This document shows, in pieces, positions 41,464 to 58,191 of a DNA stretch of 64,000 nt (positions within the stretch are counted from its first letter, which is position 1; each line of letters starts with the position of its first letter). Source of the stretch: the human T2T-CHM13v2.0 reference genome, Homo sapiens. The translations under genes and the position numbers were made by a program. The stretch lies in NCBI RefSeq assembly GCF_009914755.1, contig NC_060930.1; one strand, given 5' to 3'. The notes beneath the pieces were generated by a model. That model did no database searches and had not been told where the DNA came from. It was given only the letters and a program-made list of their open reading frames with translations.

Positions 41464-41821
41464 CTACATGGCCTTCATGCCGTTGGCCGTGGCACCCTCG
41501 GGCAGTGTGTCACCCGCGGCTGCGGCATCGTGGAGGCCCGAGTAGTCCTTGAGCTCGGCGTTGGTGAGCAGCAGTGGCTGCTCCCCCTTCTTGTGCGGCA
41601 GCAGCGGCTGGCGCGTGTAGTGCTCCCCGTTAGAAATGTTCTCAGGCAGGTTCTGGTCCCTGCTCTCGGGCAGCAGGAGGATGCAGATGATGCAGATGAG
41701 CGTGCAGCAGGCAAAGATGATGTGGTGCAGGAAGTAGCCTTTCTGGTTGTGCAGCTCGATGATGGGTGCCGTCAGCATGCCGAAGCCCGCGCTGGCCAGC
41801 ACCAGCCCCAGCCCGCCACAC
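41464..41821 (-). CDS. SLC22A23: SLC22A23 last coding exon
   Basis: Acceptor cccctgcag|; (R)CGGLGLVLASAGFGMLTAPIIE...LLLPESRDQNLPE...ATANGMKAM*; SLC22/MFS LPE motif after the last TM. Confidence 0.96.
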
Positions 41822-43044
41822 CTGCAGGGGGAGGGAAGCACAGGGATTGCTGCTGTGGGCTAGCGGGCTGGATCCCGGGAAAGCTCGGGGTGGACCAGGA
41901 AGCCACCTCTGCAGGGGCCCTGCTGCCCTGGGCACTGCCCAGTATACCCCGACCTCACACGTCCCATGTCACCAGCACCCTGGCTGTGTCTGTACAAGGC
42001 CACTCTACGGCAGTGACTGTTTTTCCTCATCAAATCAAAAGCTTTTACTTAATTTATCTTTTTCTTTAATGTTTCCTATTTTTATTGTTTTTTCAGGGCT
42101 GGGGACCATGAGAACTTTATTTTGAAAGGCAGCCTTATATAATACTACTGTAAATGGGAAGCTGATATTACTTGCCATAAGTAGTATACAAGGAAAAACA
42201 AAAGGGATTGAAATTATGCCATTTCCTGAAGGCCTGGGGGATTACCAAGGGTTAAAGAGGGTACTAAGGACATACCAACACGAACAGAGACTTTCTCTTT
42301 GTCATAACTGGAGAGACTGCAAGATACTTTAAAAGAGTAGTTTCCTCACTGTGAGTTGATGGCCCACGTGTCTCCTGAAATTGCTCACATACCACCATTG
42401 GAAACGGTCCCATCTCTGAGGATTGTGCCTGAAGGGTCCCCCAAATGAAGCTGTGCACTGACAGAGAGGAACTCACTGCAGCTCTGAGCTCAGGATAACC
42501 AAAGTCCAGAAGGCAAGCCATTGATTTCCACTCCCTGCCTTGTACGGGAGCAGCCAAGAGTCCCAGGGATTAGTAGATACGCAAAACTTACAGAACCCCT
42601 ATCCCTCAAACCTCTCCACTTTGACCTAAAAACACATTACTGGGACAAAGGTGTTCTGTGGCCCCTGAGAAAGCAGTGCTGTACCAGGCTGCAGTGGGAC
42701 CGTGGCGCTCAGGTGTCAGGCCAGGCTAGAGAGGGCTGCCTGGTCCCCAGTTCTGGGGCCTCATTGAAGGAGGCAGGCAGAGGTGGCCTTGTCTCAAGGA
42801 AGAGGGAGTGGAGTTGTGTGCCTCGCTCCACAGCAGCAGGTAGACTGGTCCTTTGGTTTGGGGAAGCTTTCTAATGGGCTGCTCGTTAGGCACCCCCTTG
42901 AAGTGAAGAGGGCTGTATCCTTTGAACTGCTGAGGCTGAGTGGGCTGAAAGGGAGGTCCCTGCAACAGGTAGGAGGCAGGTAGATAACTCCAGCTCTTGA
43001 CTAGTCTGTGGTTCTCTTGGTTGGCACTATAGGTAGCTCCTAAC

Positions 43045-44335
<1,291 letters not shown>

Positions 44336-46141
44336 GCCAGACACAGTGGCTCATGCCCAAAGAGGCTTGGGCAAAGGTGACCTGGGCAGGGAGGATGGGA
44401 GTCCCAGGGTTCCCAGGTGGCCCTCATAAACCAGATATACACAGGTCTATGCTAATAACCCCAGGAAGATTCACAGATTTGGAGCCTTTTTCTCAGAATG
44501 CAATGGAAGAATGGTGATTGTGTGTGTGTGTGTGTGTTGGGGGCTTTTGTCCTGTAACAAAATAAGAGAAGACACTTTGCTCTGCCTTTTCTCCCTCTAA
44601 TGTAGAAATGACTGCCTCTCTGTTGGTTGCAGTCCACCCATCTGCATCCACCATGGGCACAGGGCTTGGGGGCACAAGGGCAGCCTTGCCAGGCTTGCAG
44701 CCCTAGGGGACAAAGACTCGCTGGATTCTTCCCTTTCCCAGCTCCTTCCTGTCCAGCCCATGACCAAGTCCTCAGGGCCTCCACTCCAGGCCGCCTGGGT
44801 CTGCGCTCCTCCCTGGCGCATCTTCTGCACCCCCTAGACTTTGTTTCCTCACCATTGCCAAACCGATTTTCCTAGAACACAGAGCTAATCATATCACCTG
44901 GCTGCTCAGAGTCCTCCAAGGGCTCCCTCCTGCCTGCAAGGTGATGCACAGGTCCTGGGGGCCCCACCTCTTCCTCCTGTCCTCTGCCTTTCAGTCCCAA
45001 TACTCATGGCACCGGGGTCCCTCAGCTCTGTCTGGTGCTCGCTCTGTGAGGTTGGCCTATGCTGGCTCAGCCGAGCTCCCACAGGCTACCTGGGTAGGGC
45101 GCCGTCTGTGCATTTCTCGAGGAAGGAGATGCCTTCTGGTACAGGGTCTTCGTTAATGTTTATTCCATTAGATGATTGTCAAGACTGGGGCATCAGCCAT
45201 TAGCCTCCAAGCCTTGAGTAAACCCACATAAAAAGAGCCAGCCCAAAGTGAGCTACAGAACAGACTTTTGCTGCCACAAAGGTGCGAGTGCCGTGGCTGG
45301 GAGCAGGAGTTCTGGAGCCCATGAGCCTGGGCTAGAATCCTGGCCCCCGCCCACCAGCTTCACTTCCCGAAGCCTCGGTCTGCATCTATAAAACAGGGAT
45401 GAGAAAAGCTCCAATGTCCAAGTGCAGTGGAGGTTAAAGCACGAATGTGACTAGCATGGGGACAGGAAGATCTGTGGCTTGATTGGTTCCAGGTGGCATC
45501 CATTGAGTGCCGGGAAGGGGCCACCCAAGTCTTTCAGGGTCTAGGGGGCAGCTGGGTGTAGGAGGAACCAGAGCTGGAGAGGTTCAAGAACTGGGAGGCG
45601 AACAGGATGAGCCTCTCCCATGGGCCTAAAGCCTCCAGGCATGACATGGAGTCCTAAAAGTTGGCAGAGGGGGCTGTGCCACTGGGACCCTTCTCCTCCA
45701 CCCTGGCCTTCCTCTCGGTGAGGCACCAAGCTCTGCAAACACTGCCTCCTCAAGCTGCTTCACACCCGCCCACCCTCACCCTTCCAGGAACCTCTGCTCC
45801 TGCTCCCCGAGCCCTAGGAATCCAGCCTCACCTCCTCCCGCCGCAGTGCACTTGCCAAACACGCATCGCCTCTAGAGCCACTATGTGCGGGCTCCAGGCC
45901 ACATCCTGGGAATCCCGTCCCAGCCACCCTTCTGAGTCCAGACTGAGCAGGCTCTCTTGGGCACTTCCCCTGCATCCTCAGGACACTTGTGTAGCCCGAA
46001 GACACATTCGCATTGCGTGTCTGTGTGTCTCTAATAGACACCAGATGTTTCCAGGGCAGGACCAGGCTCCACTCCGTGTGCTGTCCCCAGCACCTGCCCA
46101 GCCACTGAGACCTGGCTGGCACCTGGGCATCTACTCAGTGC

Positions 46142-46610
46142 TATAGTCGGATTTCTAGACTGGCCCCAGTAATTCCCACCCTTGTGCCTTGAGTGTGCGC
46201 TGGGCCTCAAGGTACAAGGTACAAATAACGTACTTTTTAGCAATCAAATTTACGGCCAGGATAGTGAGATGTTCCTTCCACAACAAGGTTCCAAAAGGCA
46301 GATTCTAGCAGACTCTTGCTAGCTTTGACGAAGCGAGCTGCCTTGTGACTGTGGTCCCTATGGCCAACGGCCAGCAAGGAGCTGAGGCTGCCAGCCCCAC
46401 AGCCCGTGAGGAAACAGCCTACCAGTGCCTGACTTGGTTTAGTGGTGGGCCCTACCCACTGATGGTAGCCTCTGAGAGACCTGGAGCAGAGGACCCAGCC
46501 AGGCCGTGCCCAGACTCTGGAGCCATGGAAACCATAAGATAGTAGATGCATGCTACTTCAGGCCCCTGTTTTGGAGCGATTGGTTATGCAGCAATAGAAA
46601 ACCAAGATAC
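46142..46610 (+). mobile_element. MLT1 (MaLR) LTR
   Basis: Terminal ttggttatgcagcaatagaaaaccaagatac; internal ggccaacggccagcaaggagctgagg. Confidence 0.75.
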
Positions 46611-47637
46611 TCGGTGAGTGACAGATTCCCCTGCCTTAGCCACGGAGGGAGACTGACAGCCACCTCTCATGCAGGCTGTGACAGGCATCAGCACTTCATA
46701 TTAGAAAGCCCTTCCCAGGGAGAGGCTGAAAGAGTTGCAGGAATAGCCACACCACTGTGCTTCTGGGCCTGAAGACGATATGGATGAGGAAGAGCAAGAA
46801 TTTGGGGGATGTCTCCCAGATACTCAAACTCCTCCCAGGCTGAGGGTCCCAGACCACCGTTCAAAGACACTCTGCATCTTTCTGTCACTATTTGTTCATG
46901 TGCCTGTCACCTTACTAGTCTCTGAGCCCTTCAAGGGCAAGAATTATTTTCTAGGACATCAACAGGCACGTGCTGTTTGTGCTTAATAAATACCGGATGC
47001 TTGCGGATCACACGGGCTTCCTGGATAGGAAGGTCAGCTCACCCAGGTGAATGGGACAGGTTAAATAGAGACAACCACGGAAATGAGCAATAAGACCAAA
47101 TCCTTCTGTAAGATGAAGACTGAACACCTAAAATAGCCAATTAAGTCTTTCTGGTAGACCTGGCTCTTTCAGGAAGCCACAGGGCATATCAGATGCTAGG
47201 GATAATGGACATGATTTTAATGGGGACAGCATTTTCTCGGAAACCTCCCAGGTTTCTGCCTGACCTTCCCGGCACTAAATGTGGACGGCACTGACAAGCA
47301 GTGAGAGGACTCCCCTTACTCACACGGGAGTCACATACAGGAGGGCAGAGTACAGACCCCCAGGAGGGGTGGGCAGAGGGCCACTGTTAAAGGGCAAACT
47401 GCATGGAACAAAAGCCTTGCATTGTGCCTGGTGAACCACATCATACTGATCTATCTTGTTAACTGTGCCAAATAAAATGAAATATATTTAATTTGCAGAT
47501 CATTAGAAAAATGTCTATGTATATGTATATACATAATATGCAACAAATGTACACATGCATATATAATATAGAATATATCTTTTTATTTTTTTCTGTGGGA
47601 GCAATTCTCTGGTTTTCTATCAAAGATTCCTTGATAT

Positions 47638-47966
<329 letters not shown>

Positions 47967-48913
47967 TCATTCAATACGATTAGGAAAAATTTTGGCAGAA
48001 GTTGGTATGCCATTTTTGGCTTTGTTTTTTTTTCTCTCTTGAAATCTCAGAGAAAGAGATTGTTACATCCTTGGTTTTAAGGTGTTGGGTTCCTTTCCTG
48101 CCCCTGAAATGTGGGCTCTGCCAGTGCCTTTTCTGCTTTTCTCTGGGTTGTCACTAGAGGGCAGCATACGCCCGTGTTTAGAAGTCAGAGCTGCTTGATT
48201 TACGGACAGAGAACCGAGGGCGCACACTGCCTCCTTGGGCTTTAGGAGCACAAAATTGTAATACCCACGGGATATCTTTATTTTACTAGCAATAGGATCT
48301 CAATAAGGTAGGAAAACTGATATGCAGGCCGACTTCTTACTAGAAACGGCAAACTTCATTGAATTAAGGATTCCAGAATCAAATTGCTGTTAGCCATGTG
48401 AACGTTACCATCTCACATTGAAACACCGGAGGCGAGGCTCCTGTTCTAGCTCCTCTTTTATATTACTTAATGTGACTTGACTAAATTTCTGTGAAGTTGA
48501 GGATAAGCAAATATTTGTACCATTTTTTATAGAAATAAATACAACTGCTGAAGATGCCCAGCGAAGAAGAAGAATATGAACTGTCCTGTGCTGAGCCCAG
48601 GCCCTTTGCACATGGCCTCCATTCTCCACCCCCGCCTAACAAGGTGCCTGTAGTCAGTTTTGTTTTAAGACAAGGACACTAAAGCCGGCCGAGGGACCCA
48701 CCCAAGGCCACACAGGGAGGCGGCCTCAGGATCATGGGCAGCTCCGTCTGGTTCCTTCCCAGGCTCCGGGCCATATCCTCAGCACCGTCCCCTCATCCTG
48801 CCCCGCTCCTCATCGCTCGCACGCCACAGGTGCTGCCGGCATGGGACGCATGCTGGCTTCCTGTCTGCTACTCAGTACTTGTTTTCAGATGTCAGACATT
48901 TTTAAGACACAAC

Positions 48914-49224
48914 TTTTTTTTTTTTTTTTTTTTTTTTTTCCTGAGATGGAGTCTCGCTCTGTCGCCCAGGCTGGAGTGCAGTGGCGCGATCTCGGCTCAC
49001 TGTAAGCTCCGCCTCCTGGGTTCACGCCATTCTCCTGCCTCAGCCTCCTGAGTAGCTGGGACTACAGGCACCCGTCACCACGCCCAGCTAATTTTTTTTG
49101 TATTTTTAGTAGAGACAGGGTTTCATCGTGTTAGCCAGATCGTCTCGATCTCCTGACCTCGTGATCTGCCCGCCTCAGCCTCCCAAAGTGCTGGGATTAC
49201 AGGCGTGAGCCACCGTGCCCGGCC
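48914..49224 (-). mobile_element. AluY
   Basis: Antisense Alu; TSD tttaaga(c/t)acaactt. Confidence 0.96.
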
Positions 49225-51553
49225 TTTAAGATACAACTTTTTAAAGAAGTTGAACAGACTCTGATACTCCCTTAACCCCAGGTCATCCTGGCCCTCGGTG
49301 CCTATTCTTGAGGCAGCATTAGAGCGGAAGACAGATGTCAGGGAGTCGTCAGTCAGGGAGTGTCTCAGGGAGGCCTGTCCGACTTATGATCTAGAAAGGT
49401 CCAGGGCTGCCGGAGTGGGCAGGGCAGGAGAAAACAGGCGGGTGTCATGATCACCAGCGCCTGCCTCTTCTCTCACCTGGACCCCTCCGTGAGGGCAAAG
49501 GAAGCCTCGGAGCCCACCTGGAGCATCCAGATGGACAGTGGATAGAAAAGATCCGCCCCAGCACAGCCAGCAGCTGCTTCCAGATCTGCCCAGGACCCCA
49601 GGCCACTTCTGCCCATGTCAAGCTGGGAGATGGGCACAGTCAGATAGACTTGCAAAGTCACCCAACTCCCAATGTCTTACAGATGAATCAGAGCTGTGCA
49701 CTGGCTGATGAGAACCACCACCTGGCCTGGGCCTGAGCGGGTAGCTGGTTCTGTCAACGCGAGGTCTGAACAGAATCTCATGAAACAATATTTAGTTAAC
49801 TTGGCCTCTATCATCCTTGGGGCAATAGATTTCTGCAGGCCTTTGTTGCTTTTTGTGGTGGAACAAGTATGAAAAGTATAAAAGCATTTTTTGAACTTTT
49901 TGCAGAAAATTTCATATCCTCATATTTGCTTCCAGGCAGTCCATCCTGGCCCCTTACCCTTTGCTGCCAGAAGGCTTGTCTGTAATAGTGTCACAGGGAA
50001 AGGCTAGTTCTGTGCTAAGAAAGATGGAGCTCACGGGCCCCAGGCTGCCCATCGTGGCTTATCTTGGAATTTTCTCTGTGAAGTGGGGGGATGGTAGGGG
50101 AGTCTACTTCCATCCTAGGGCCTCCGTGGGAATTGTTCCTCAGTCATTTGCAAGAAAGAGCTGTGGCCTCCCGATGGCACGGGTGAAAAGGGCTCCCAGC
50201 GAGAAGAGGGATTTGTCAGGAACGCTAGACATTCTCCCAGCCTGGCCCAGGGACCCCCTTTGGACTTAATTTCCTTTCATCCTCTGCAGGCACAAAAGCA
50301 TCACCAAGGGTCACATATTTTTTCCAGTTTGTCATCTTGGCAAGCTGAATCTGAGAACATGTTTGTTGAATTTCTATCCTCAAATCTTTCCAGGTTTGCG
50401 TCAAAGAGGAAAAGCTTACAGCATTTCCTTCCGTCTAGCTTGCTAAGCCAAATCTAACAGAGAATAATGATGCCTACCAACTGCCAGAGTTAAGGGGTAC
50501 CCGCTAGCCACCCCCTCCCCCAACAAAATATGCATAATCATGCAAAGGCTGCAGGAGGCCAGCTGGAAACCCAGAAGGTCTGACTGTGGATTCTGGTCTA
50601 TTGAAAGACTTGGCTTTGCTGTTTTGTTTGATAAAGGAGAGAAATTTCACTTTCCGTCCTTTAGACAGGGAGTGAGCCTGCGGTCGGCCTGAGGTATCCT
50701 GCAACTGCAAGCACTAAATAAGCTCCTGACTCATCTCTCCCCTGTGGCTGATGCAGAAGGTAGGGACAGGATGAGTTCCTTGTGCTTAATCATACAATGC
50801 CTTGGCATTTCTGTCCAGGTGCCCAGTAGCTGTCAGGCTGGGCCTGTAGGATACGATCCAAGAGAATGAATCAAAAAGTGTGGACGTGAAGATGCTGTTG
50901 TTAGCATGGCTACTGGAAATGTGGAAAGTAAGAAAGTCCACGGACCTGCCTACTTGCTCCCAAAGCCTTCCCCAGCTTAGCCTCCACATAGTCTGCCTTG
51001 GACTGGAATAGCCGCTACTGGATTTTCCCAAGGGTGTCATTATGCGGACACCTGGGTTTTGACTCACGGCTGAACTACTGCCATTACTCTCAAGTTCTGT
51101 TTTATGAAGGCACGTGCATGAGAAATGCTGATACTCCTTTAAGAAGTTCAGTGTGGTATAACTCAAGCTCCTCAGTAAGTCACAAACAGTGTAGGAAAAT
51201 GACTGCAGCTGAGTGATGCCCTTTTAGTGGAGGCGTGCCTTTTTATTAACCTATAAGCATGGTGGCAACAGTAAATGGCGTGTAGCACCCATGAACCACG
51301 ACCCAGGGGCAGAGACGGCACCAGGAAGGGGTCAGCCTCACTTTCCGAACTAAAGCAAAAGTGGCTGAGCACAGGTTAGTCACACCTTTTAGGGAGGTAT
51401 GAAATGGCCGCAGACTCCACGAGGGCGGGACTGTGCTGCTGTGTTTTCTGGGCCTAGTGTCTGGCGCGCAGTGGGCTCTCCATCCATGTTTCTTACATGA
51501 GTCAGTAATCTCACTCGCTGTGCTCGCTTTGGATTCATGACATCAACTTCTCA

Positions 51554-52144
<591 letters not shown>

Positions 52145-52280
52145 CTATGAACCACGAAGCTGATGTGTCCAGAGCCAGAGACAGAGCTGACGCTGGTTAA
52201 TCCCACACCAGCCTGGAGCCAGGGACTCGTCTTTGATTTCCGAGAAGCCGGCGTCCCCTGGGGTGTCTCCCATGACGCAC

Positions 52281-52404
52281 CTTATCACCGTCGGGGTGAT
52301 CTCCGCACAGAAGAACACGCTGAGGCTCCCCACCGCATGGGAGGCAAACATGCCCACGATGGAAAACGCGATGGAAAATTTGTCCTTGACGCTGTCACTC
52401 ATCC
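52281..52404 (-). CDS. SLC22A23: SLC22A23 penultimate coding exon (124 nt)
   Basis: ccccag|GG ATG...; (G)MSDSVKDKFSIAFSIVGMFASHAVGSLSVFFCAEITPTVI(R), an SLC22 ELxPTxxR-like motif; donor AAG|gtgcgt. Confidence 0.96.
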
Positions 52405-53507
52405 CTGGGGGAAGGTCAGAAGAAGGTGGTGAGGGAAGAGAGGAAGCCAGGCCAGGGTGGGAGGGAGGCCTGGGGCTGCACAGCACAGCTCCTTCCCAGT
52501 GTCCAGCTTGCGGCATGGATGGGTATGCAATTCCCTCTGGGGACCAAGCAGCACCTCAAGGACTAGAAGCCCAGAGCCCCTGCAGTGGGTTTTGTGGGGC
52601 TTCTATGAGTCCCTGTGCGTCAAGCATGCTGAAGCTCATGGTGGCCTCTATTGGAATTCCTCAGCCGGGAGCCATGCCTGGTGGGAGGGCAGGCTGGCAT
52701 GTCCCTGGTGCCACAGCGACATCCCTCTGCCCTGGCCTATGTTTGCTCCAGTCAGGTCTGATGTGCCCAACGTGTGGGACAGGGTAGCTGAGTCAGGGTT
52801 GATTTAAGGAAACAAAAACTCAAGCCACAGAATTTATGGGCCCAGAAGGCAAGTGTTCAACCCATCAAAGCCCTCGTAAATGGCACCGGAGACCGACCTC
52901 GCGCCAGGACAGGGTCTGGCACAGTGCACGGGCATGCTGTCAGGACCATACAGCTGGGGCTCAGCTCAGCTTCCCCAAGGCTGCATAGAGGGCAAGCACT
53001 CTCCAGGGACACGGGCGAGGGCTGGGGCAGGCCAGGCGGGTGCAGCAGCAGCTTCGAGGTGCAGGGCGGCACTGTGCTGTCCCCATGGGCTGCAGGGCAG
53101 CAAGCTTACATGAGCCAAAGGGGGACAGCGGCTTCCCCTGGCAGCACAGACAGCCGGGCCCCAGCACTCCCAGGCTTTCTCCCCCCACCCAGACAACTGT
53201 CCCTAAGACAAAGCATGTTGGCGCCGGGCCAGGGCCTGTGCTGAGCCTGGTGCCAGGGGAAGGGGCGGGGGCATGCGTGCCAAGCAGCACACAAACAGGG
53301 AAGCACCAGTCGCTCTTTCTAGAGGCAAGAGGGAGAATACAAATGTATCCGTATAGTGTCCAACCTACGGCCAACTTCAGCTGCAGTTCTTGGAGGGCAA
53401 CGGGGAGAAAGAGAAAATGGAAACCACAGGTCCGTGAGTCTTCGAGAAAACACCCATTTAGATGTAATATGAGACGAGGAGGCACAGCCCACGCGCTTGG
53501 GACTCAC

Positions 53508-53540
53508 CTGAGTCTGGGTGCTGGCTGTACTTTCCAATCA
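53508..53540 (-). CDS. SLC22A23: SLC22A23 33-nt coding exon
   Basis: ccag|TG ATT GGA AAG TAC AGC CAG CAC CCA GAC TCA G|gtgagt; (L)IGKYSQHPDS(G); phase 1-1, fits the flanking exons. Confidence 0.85.
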
Positions 53541-54528
53541 CTGGACCCGCAGACATGATCGCACCCACACGGACAAGGGCCAAGCAAGCGAGAAGAGAGA
53601 AGAGAGCACATTAGGTGTGGAGTTAGCCTAGCGTGTTCCCATGCGACTTGGTTCAAGCAAACTCCCTTCCGTGTCTGGGATGGCGCTGGCCGCCGGGGCA
53701 GTGGAATTCATACTGCGCTAAACAAAGATCTTTTTGTTAGGAAGACAGGAGTGAGACCCTGCTGGCCTCAGAGCCTGAGGAGAAAATGGAACCTTCACAG
53801 TGAGACCCCAGCAGGTGCAAAGGGTGAGCTTCCTTGCATGTAAAGTCACCCACAGGTCACTGCCGCCTGCATTCAAGCTGCGTCAAGTGCTGTGGGGTGC
53901 CCCTGCCAGCCCCAGCTCTGCTCCTCACGGCTGCTTGGTGTTCGCCTGGGGCTCCTGTGCATTCCTGCTCAGGGCCAAAGGGGCACCACAACACCCGGGG
54001 GCTGAGGCACCCTGCCACTTCCGTCCCAACTGTGTGAGCAGAGACTCCCTGGAAGGGCAGCTGGGGAACGGGGATGGAGGGAGACAGGCGCCACGTGTGC
54101 AATCCATTAGCTAAGCCTAACAGCAGTCTCCCAGCAAGGTATAGATTGCATAAGAACTGTCCAAGTTAGAAAGCTGCTCCTGAGTTTGAAGTGAGCCATC
54201 TCTAATCTAGGCTGCACGACAAGGCCGCTCTGATCTGGGTGCGGTGGACAGCCCTGGCGTCTAGTTCTGAGAGCCCGGGTTCATTTTCCTTGTAAAGGCA
54301 GGGGAGCTCTGTGGGGTCGATGTTCCCACAGTGTCCTGAGCCTGTCCCAGGAGGACCGTGCCAGGGTGGGAGAAGAGGCTCATCGGTCCTGCCTGTTCAC
54401 GTCGCGCCCTGGGCTGGCCACGGAGATGCTGTGGTGGTTTGTCCATACACGGGAATGGGTATTTGTTGGTGAGGAGCTATACAGAGCTTGCTGGAAGGGC
54501 CAGATGGACTCTCTAGCTTTGCCTTAGA

Positions 54529-54826
<298 letters not shown>

Positions 54827-55285
54827 AGATTATTTTTAACCTTTACTGAGAAATTCTTTGGTCCAAAGAGAAGCTGATGAACTCGGGAACATCTGCTGAA
54901 AAGCAGGGCCCTAATGCAAGGGTGACAAAACAGATTTATTTCCCCCTTAATGTCACTCGAAAGAGACAATCCTTTGTTCTTCTTGGTCATGTGATGAATC
55001 ACACAGAAGCAGTCTACCTATTAGCAAAGACTGGGCCACCAGGACTCGGAAGGAATCATGGTGCAGCCCGGGCCGGGGCAGGGGCAGGGGGAGGCGGGAA
55101 GGCCCAGTGCCCTCTAAGGCGGGCTCCACAGATGCTCTCAACTGAAGCTCTGTTCTCCCCAAAGCAGCTCCTTCCAGCAGTAGATTTTAGAGTGGCCAGC
55201 GGAGTCTTATGCAGCCCTTTCAAATGCCCTTGGGGATCTGCCAGCTTCCCTCCCTGCACCCAGCCCACCTCCCCGACCCACTCAC

Positions 55286-55518
55286 GGTTGAGGAGGCCGA
55301 GCTGCAGGAGCGAGGCCAGGGCGGTGAGGATCATGAAGAGCAGCAGCCCTCCCCTGCGCCCGAGGAATCGGACCACCACGCACATGGCCAGGCAGGACAC
55401 CAGCGCGATGCTGGCCGTGGTATAGTAGTCAGCATAGAAGTTCTCCAGGAGCGGCACCTTCACCTCGTGGCCCATCATGCTCCTGGCAAAGCAGTGGTGG
55501 ATCCCGTACCCCGTCAGC
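55286..55518 (-). CDS. SLC22A23: SLC22A23 coding exon (233 nt)
   Basis: ctccacag|G CTG ACG; LTGYGIHHCFARS...VVRFLGRRGGLLLFMILTALASLLQLGLLN with the MFS GRR loop motif; donor AACC|gtgagt. Confidence 0.96.
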
Positions 55519-56102
55519 CTGTGGAGACATACCGAGCGGCAGTGGGTGGGCTGCCCCCATGCCAGGGGCTGCGCTGCCTCCTGGGAGTTCGTGCTGTCAG
55601 GTGACCAGGAGATGAAGAAGCAACTCAATGTGTCATAGAAAAGCCCATCATGACCGAACCACGAGCAGATTACAGAGCCAATGCAAAAGAGGAGACGTGG
55701 GAGAAATATGGAATGCTTCTCCTGATGGAGGTCCAGGCTCATGCCCCACTACCATGGCTTTAATAGACAGGTGTGGGCACAAGAGCAGTGAGTCCTTTTG
55801 TTAAAACACACACTTTCATGGGAATCCTCCAAGACAAAGCGCTTTCCAGGTACTGACTCATTTAACCCAGGGCTGCAATCCAACAGCCACTGCACACCCA
55901 CTTCACAGGGGCAGGGGGGCAGAGCAGCTCGCACGAGGCTCTCGGCGGGTAAGCGGCAACTCAGAGACGCAGCTTTTCTGGGCACTTAGGGTTCTGGAAG
56001 GGTGGAGATCTATCCATACCAGCCTCAACTCCACCCACACAGCCTGGAGGAGTCGGGCAGAAGCCAGGCCAATGGAAGACATATAGGGTCCACAGGAAAC
56101 TG

Positions 56103-56419
<317 letters not shown>

Positions 56420-58191
56420 TGATTCTTAATTTATCCCTGTTTCCCCTCCACTGCCCTGGGTCAAGCTTCTTTATTGCCCCACACGAGCGTATCAACCTGC
56501 TGGAAAAACGTGTCTGCCCTGAAAACAGGAACAAAGGCGTGGCTGCACCCTCCCACGGAGGCTGCTGATGGCCATCCATGGGGTGCCTCAGGGCTCTCAG
56601 GAACCTTTGGGGTGTACCTGTGATGCACCCGTGGTGCCTCGAGGGACCCTTCTTATGTCTGCTCTTGGCAACCATCCCAGAGCCAAAAACTGCCCCCTTC
56701 TCTCCCCAAACACCCTTTCGTGCTTCAGGGAAATCTACGTCCTTCTCATCTAACCTTGAGAATGCATCAAGGTCAACTGTAACAGACCCCGTCCCTGCCC
56801 CATAGGGGGAAGCCACCCCTTGCCAGGTGAATGCCTTTCCTCTTGGGAAATAGGCAGAGGCCCCAGCCCCCGCACAATGGCTTTATAATCCAGCAACTGA
56901 TTTGGTTCAGTTAGCCTCCAGAGTTCCTCTTCTGGCCTGCTGAGATAGCAGGGCAATCTCCTACCTTCTTGCTCTGGTAGAAATGAAGTCTCCCCTGACC
57001 ACAACAGGTCATCTGAAGATAACAGAGCCAGAGAGCTCGGTTCCCCGTCTCCACAAAACGAATCATTAAAATGGAAACTCACCATCTTATGTCAAATTTC
57101 ATGTTTTTTTCCAACATAAAATGTAGAGAAGCCGTTCAACTCCTAACAGTGCCGCCAGCTCACCCAGCATCTACCTGAACCAGGCAGCAGCAGAGTGGCC
57201 AAGGCTGAGGCCCTGGGCTTGGCCTGATGTGGCCGTGGCCGGTCCCTGGCCTTGGTCTCTCTCCTGAGCTCAGGATGAGGCTCTACTGTTGTTTGGGCAG
57301 TAGAGCCTCTTGTACTCCTCACAAATCAATTTCAACCCAGAACCCCAATATGGAGAACTGATGAGCTGCTTTGACAGAAAAAGCCATGGGGGATGCTTGG
57401 CCCCTCGCCCTCACCCTGGGCCTGTCTTTACCTGGTGGCAGCTCGAGACCTTTCACAAATGAGTGCAACACCCCAGGTGACCTCTAACCCAAATGAGTCA
57501 AATCCCTTCCCTCCGCCACCTTGGTGACCTCTGACCCTGAACAAGGGACCACCTTGCACAGTCAGGGCCACTGAGCTCAAGACAGGAGTGACCTTCTAGG
57601 TACACACCAAGTCCAGGGACTGGGCTGCAAAGAACCTGCGTGAGTGATGCCCCCAGCCCCTGCAGGACCCAGCAGGCGGGGCGACCTGGGCCGGTGAGGG
57701 CCCTGGGAGGAGGTCTGCGCTCACTGGCCTGGCTCAGGCCCACCTGCCTCCACCCACGGCTGTCCTGGGGCCTTTGGCCAGGCTGGCTGCAGGTTCAGGA
57801 AGGGCGGGGCCGGCTACAGGCAGGGGCCAAGGCCTCATGGGTCTCAAATCCCCTGTCCTGAGACAGGGCCCAGAATTTCCAGCCTTGTGGCATCCCCCAC
57901 TGTGCCCCTGAGGAGGTGCGTCCATGTGCATCTTGGTTTCCTGGACCTCATGGGCACGTGGTGGGGAGGCCCTGCTCACAGGATTTACACGCCTGGGCTG
58001 GGGGGCACCGGCTGCTTGAGGCTTCCGGGAGCGGGGGAGGTCAATATCTTCTAGCCCGTGTCACTCTTCACACACACACCCTTAGGATTCCAAGTTCAGC
58101 GGGGTGGGGAGCAGGGCCCTGGGCTTCACCACTCCCCACCTTCTTCCCTGGCCCCCTCCCACCCAGCTGGCACTTGTCCTCTGTGACTCAC

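Noticed and set aside
41308-42069. 253-aa + strand ORF
   Set aside because: Antisense shadow of the GC3-rich SLC22A23 last exon; non-ATG start and no recognisable homology
52145-52516. 123-aa ORF suggesting an alternative C-terminus by intron read-through
   Set aside because: Explained by the 124-nt exon plus open intron flanks; no nearby poly(A) signal identified
55056-55742. 228-aa minus-strand ORF
   Set aside because: Intronic extension on both sides of the genuine 233-nt exon, which has canonical splice sites
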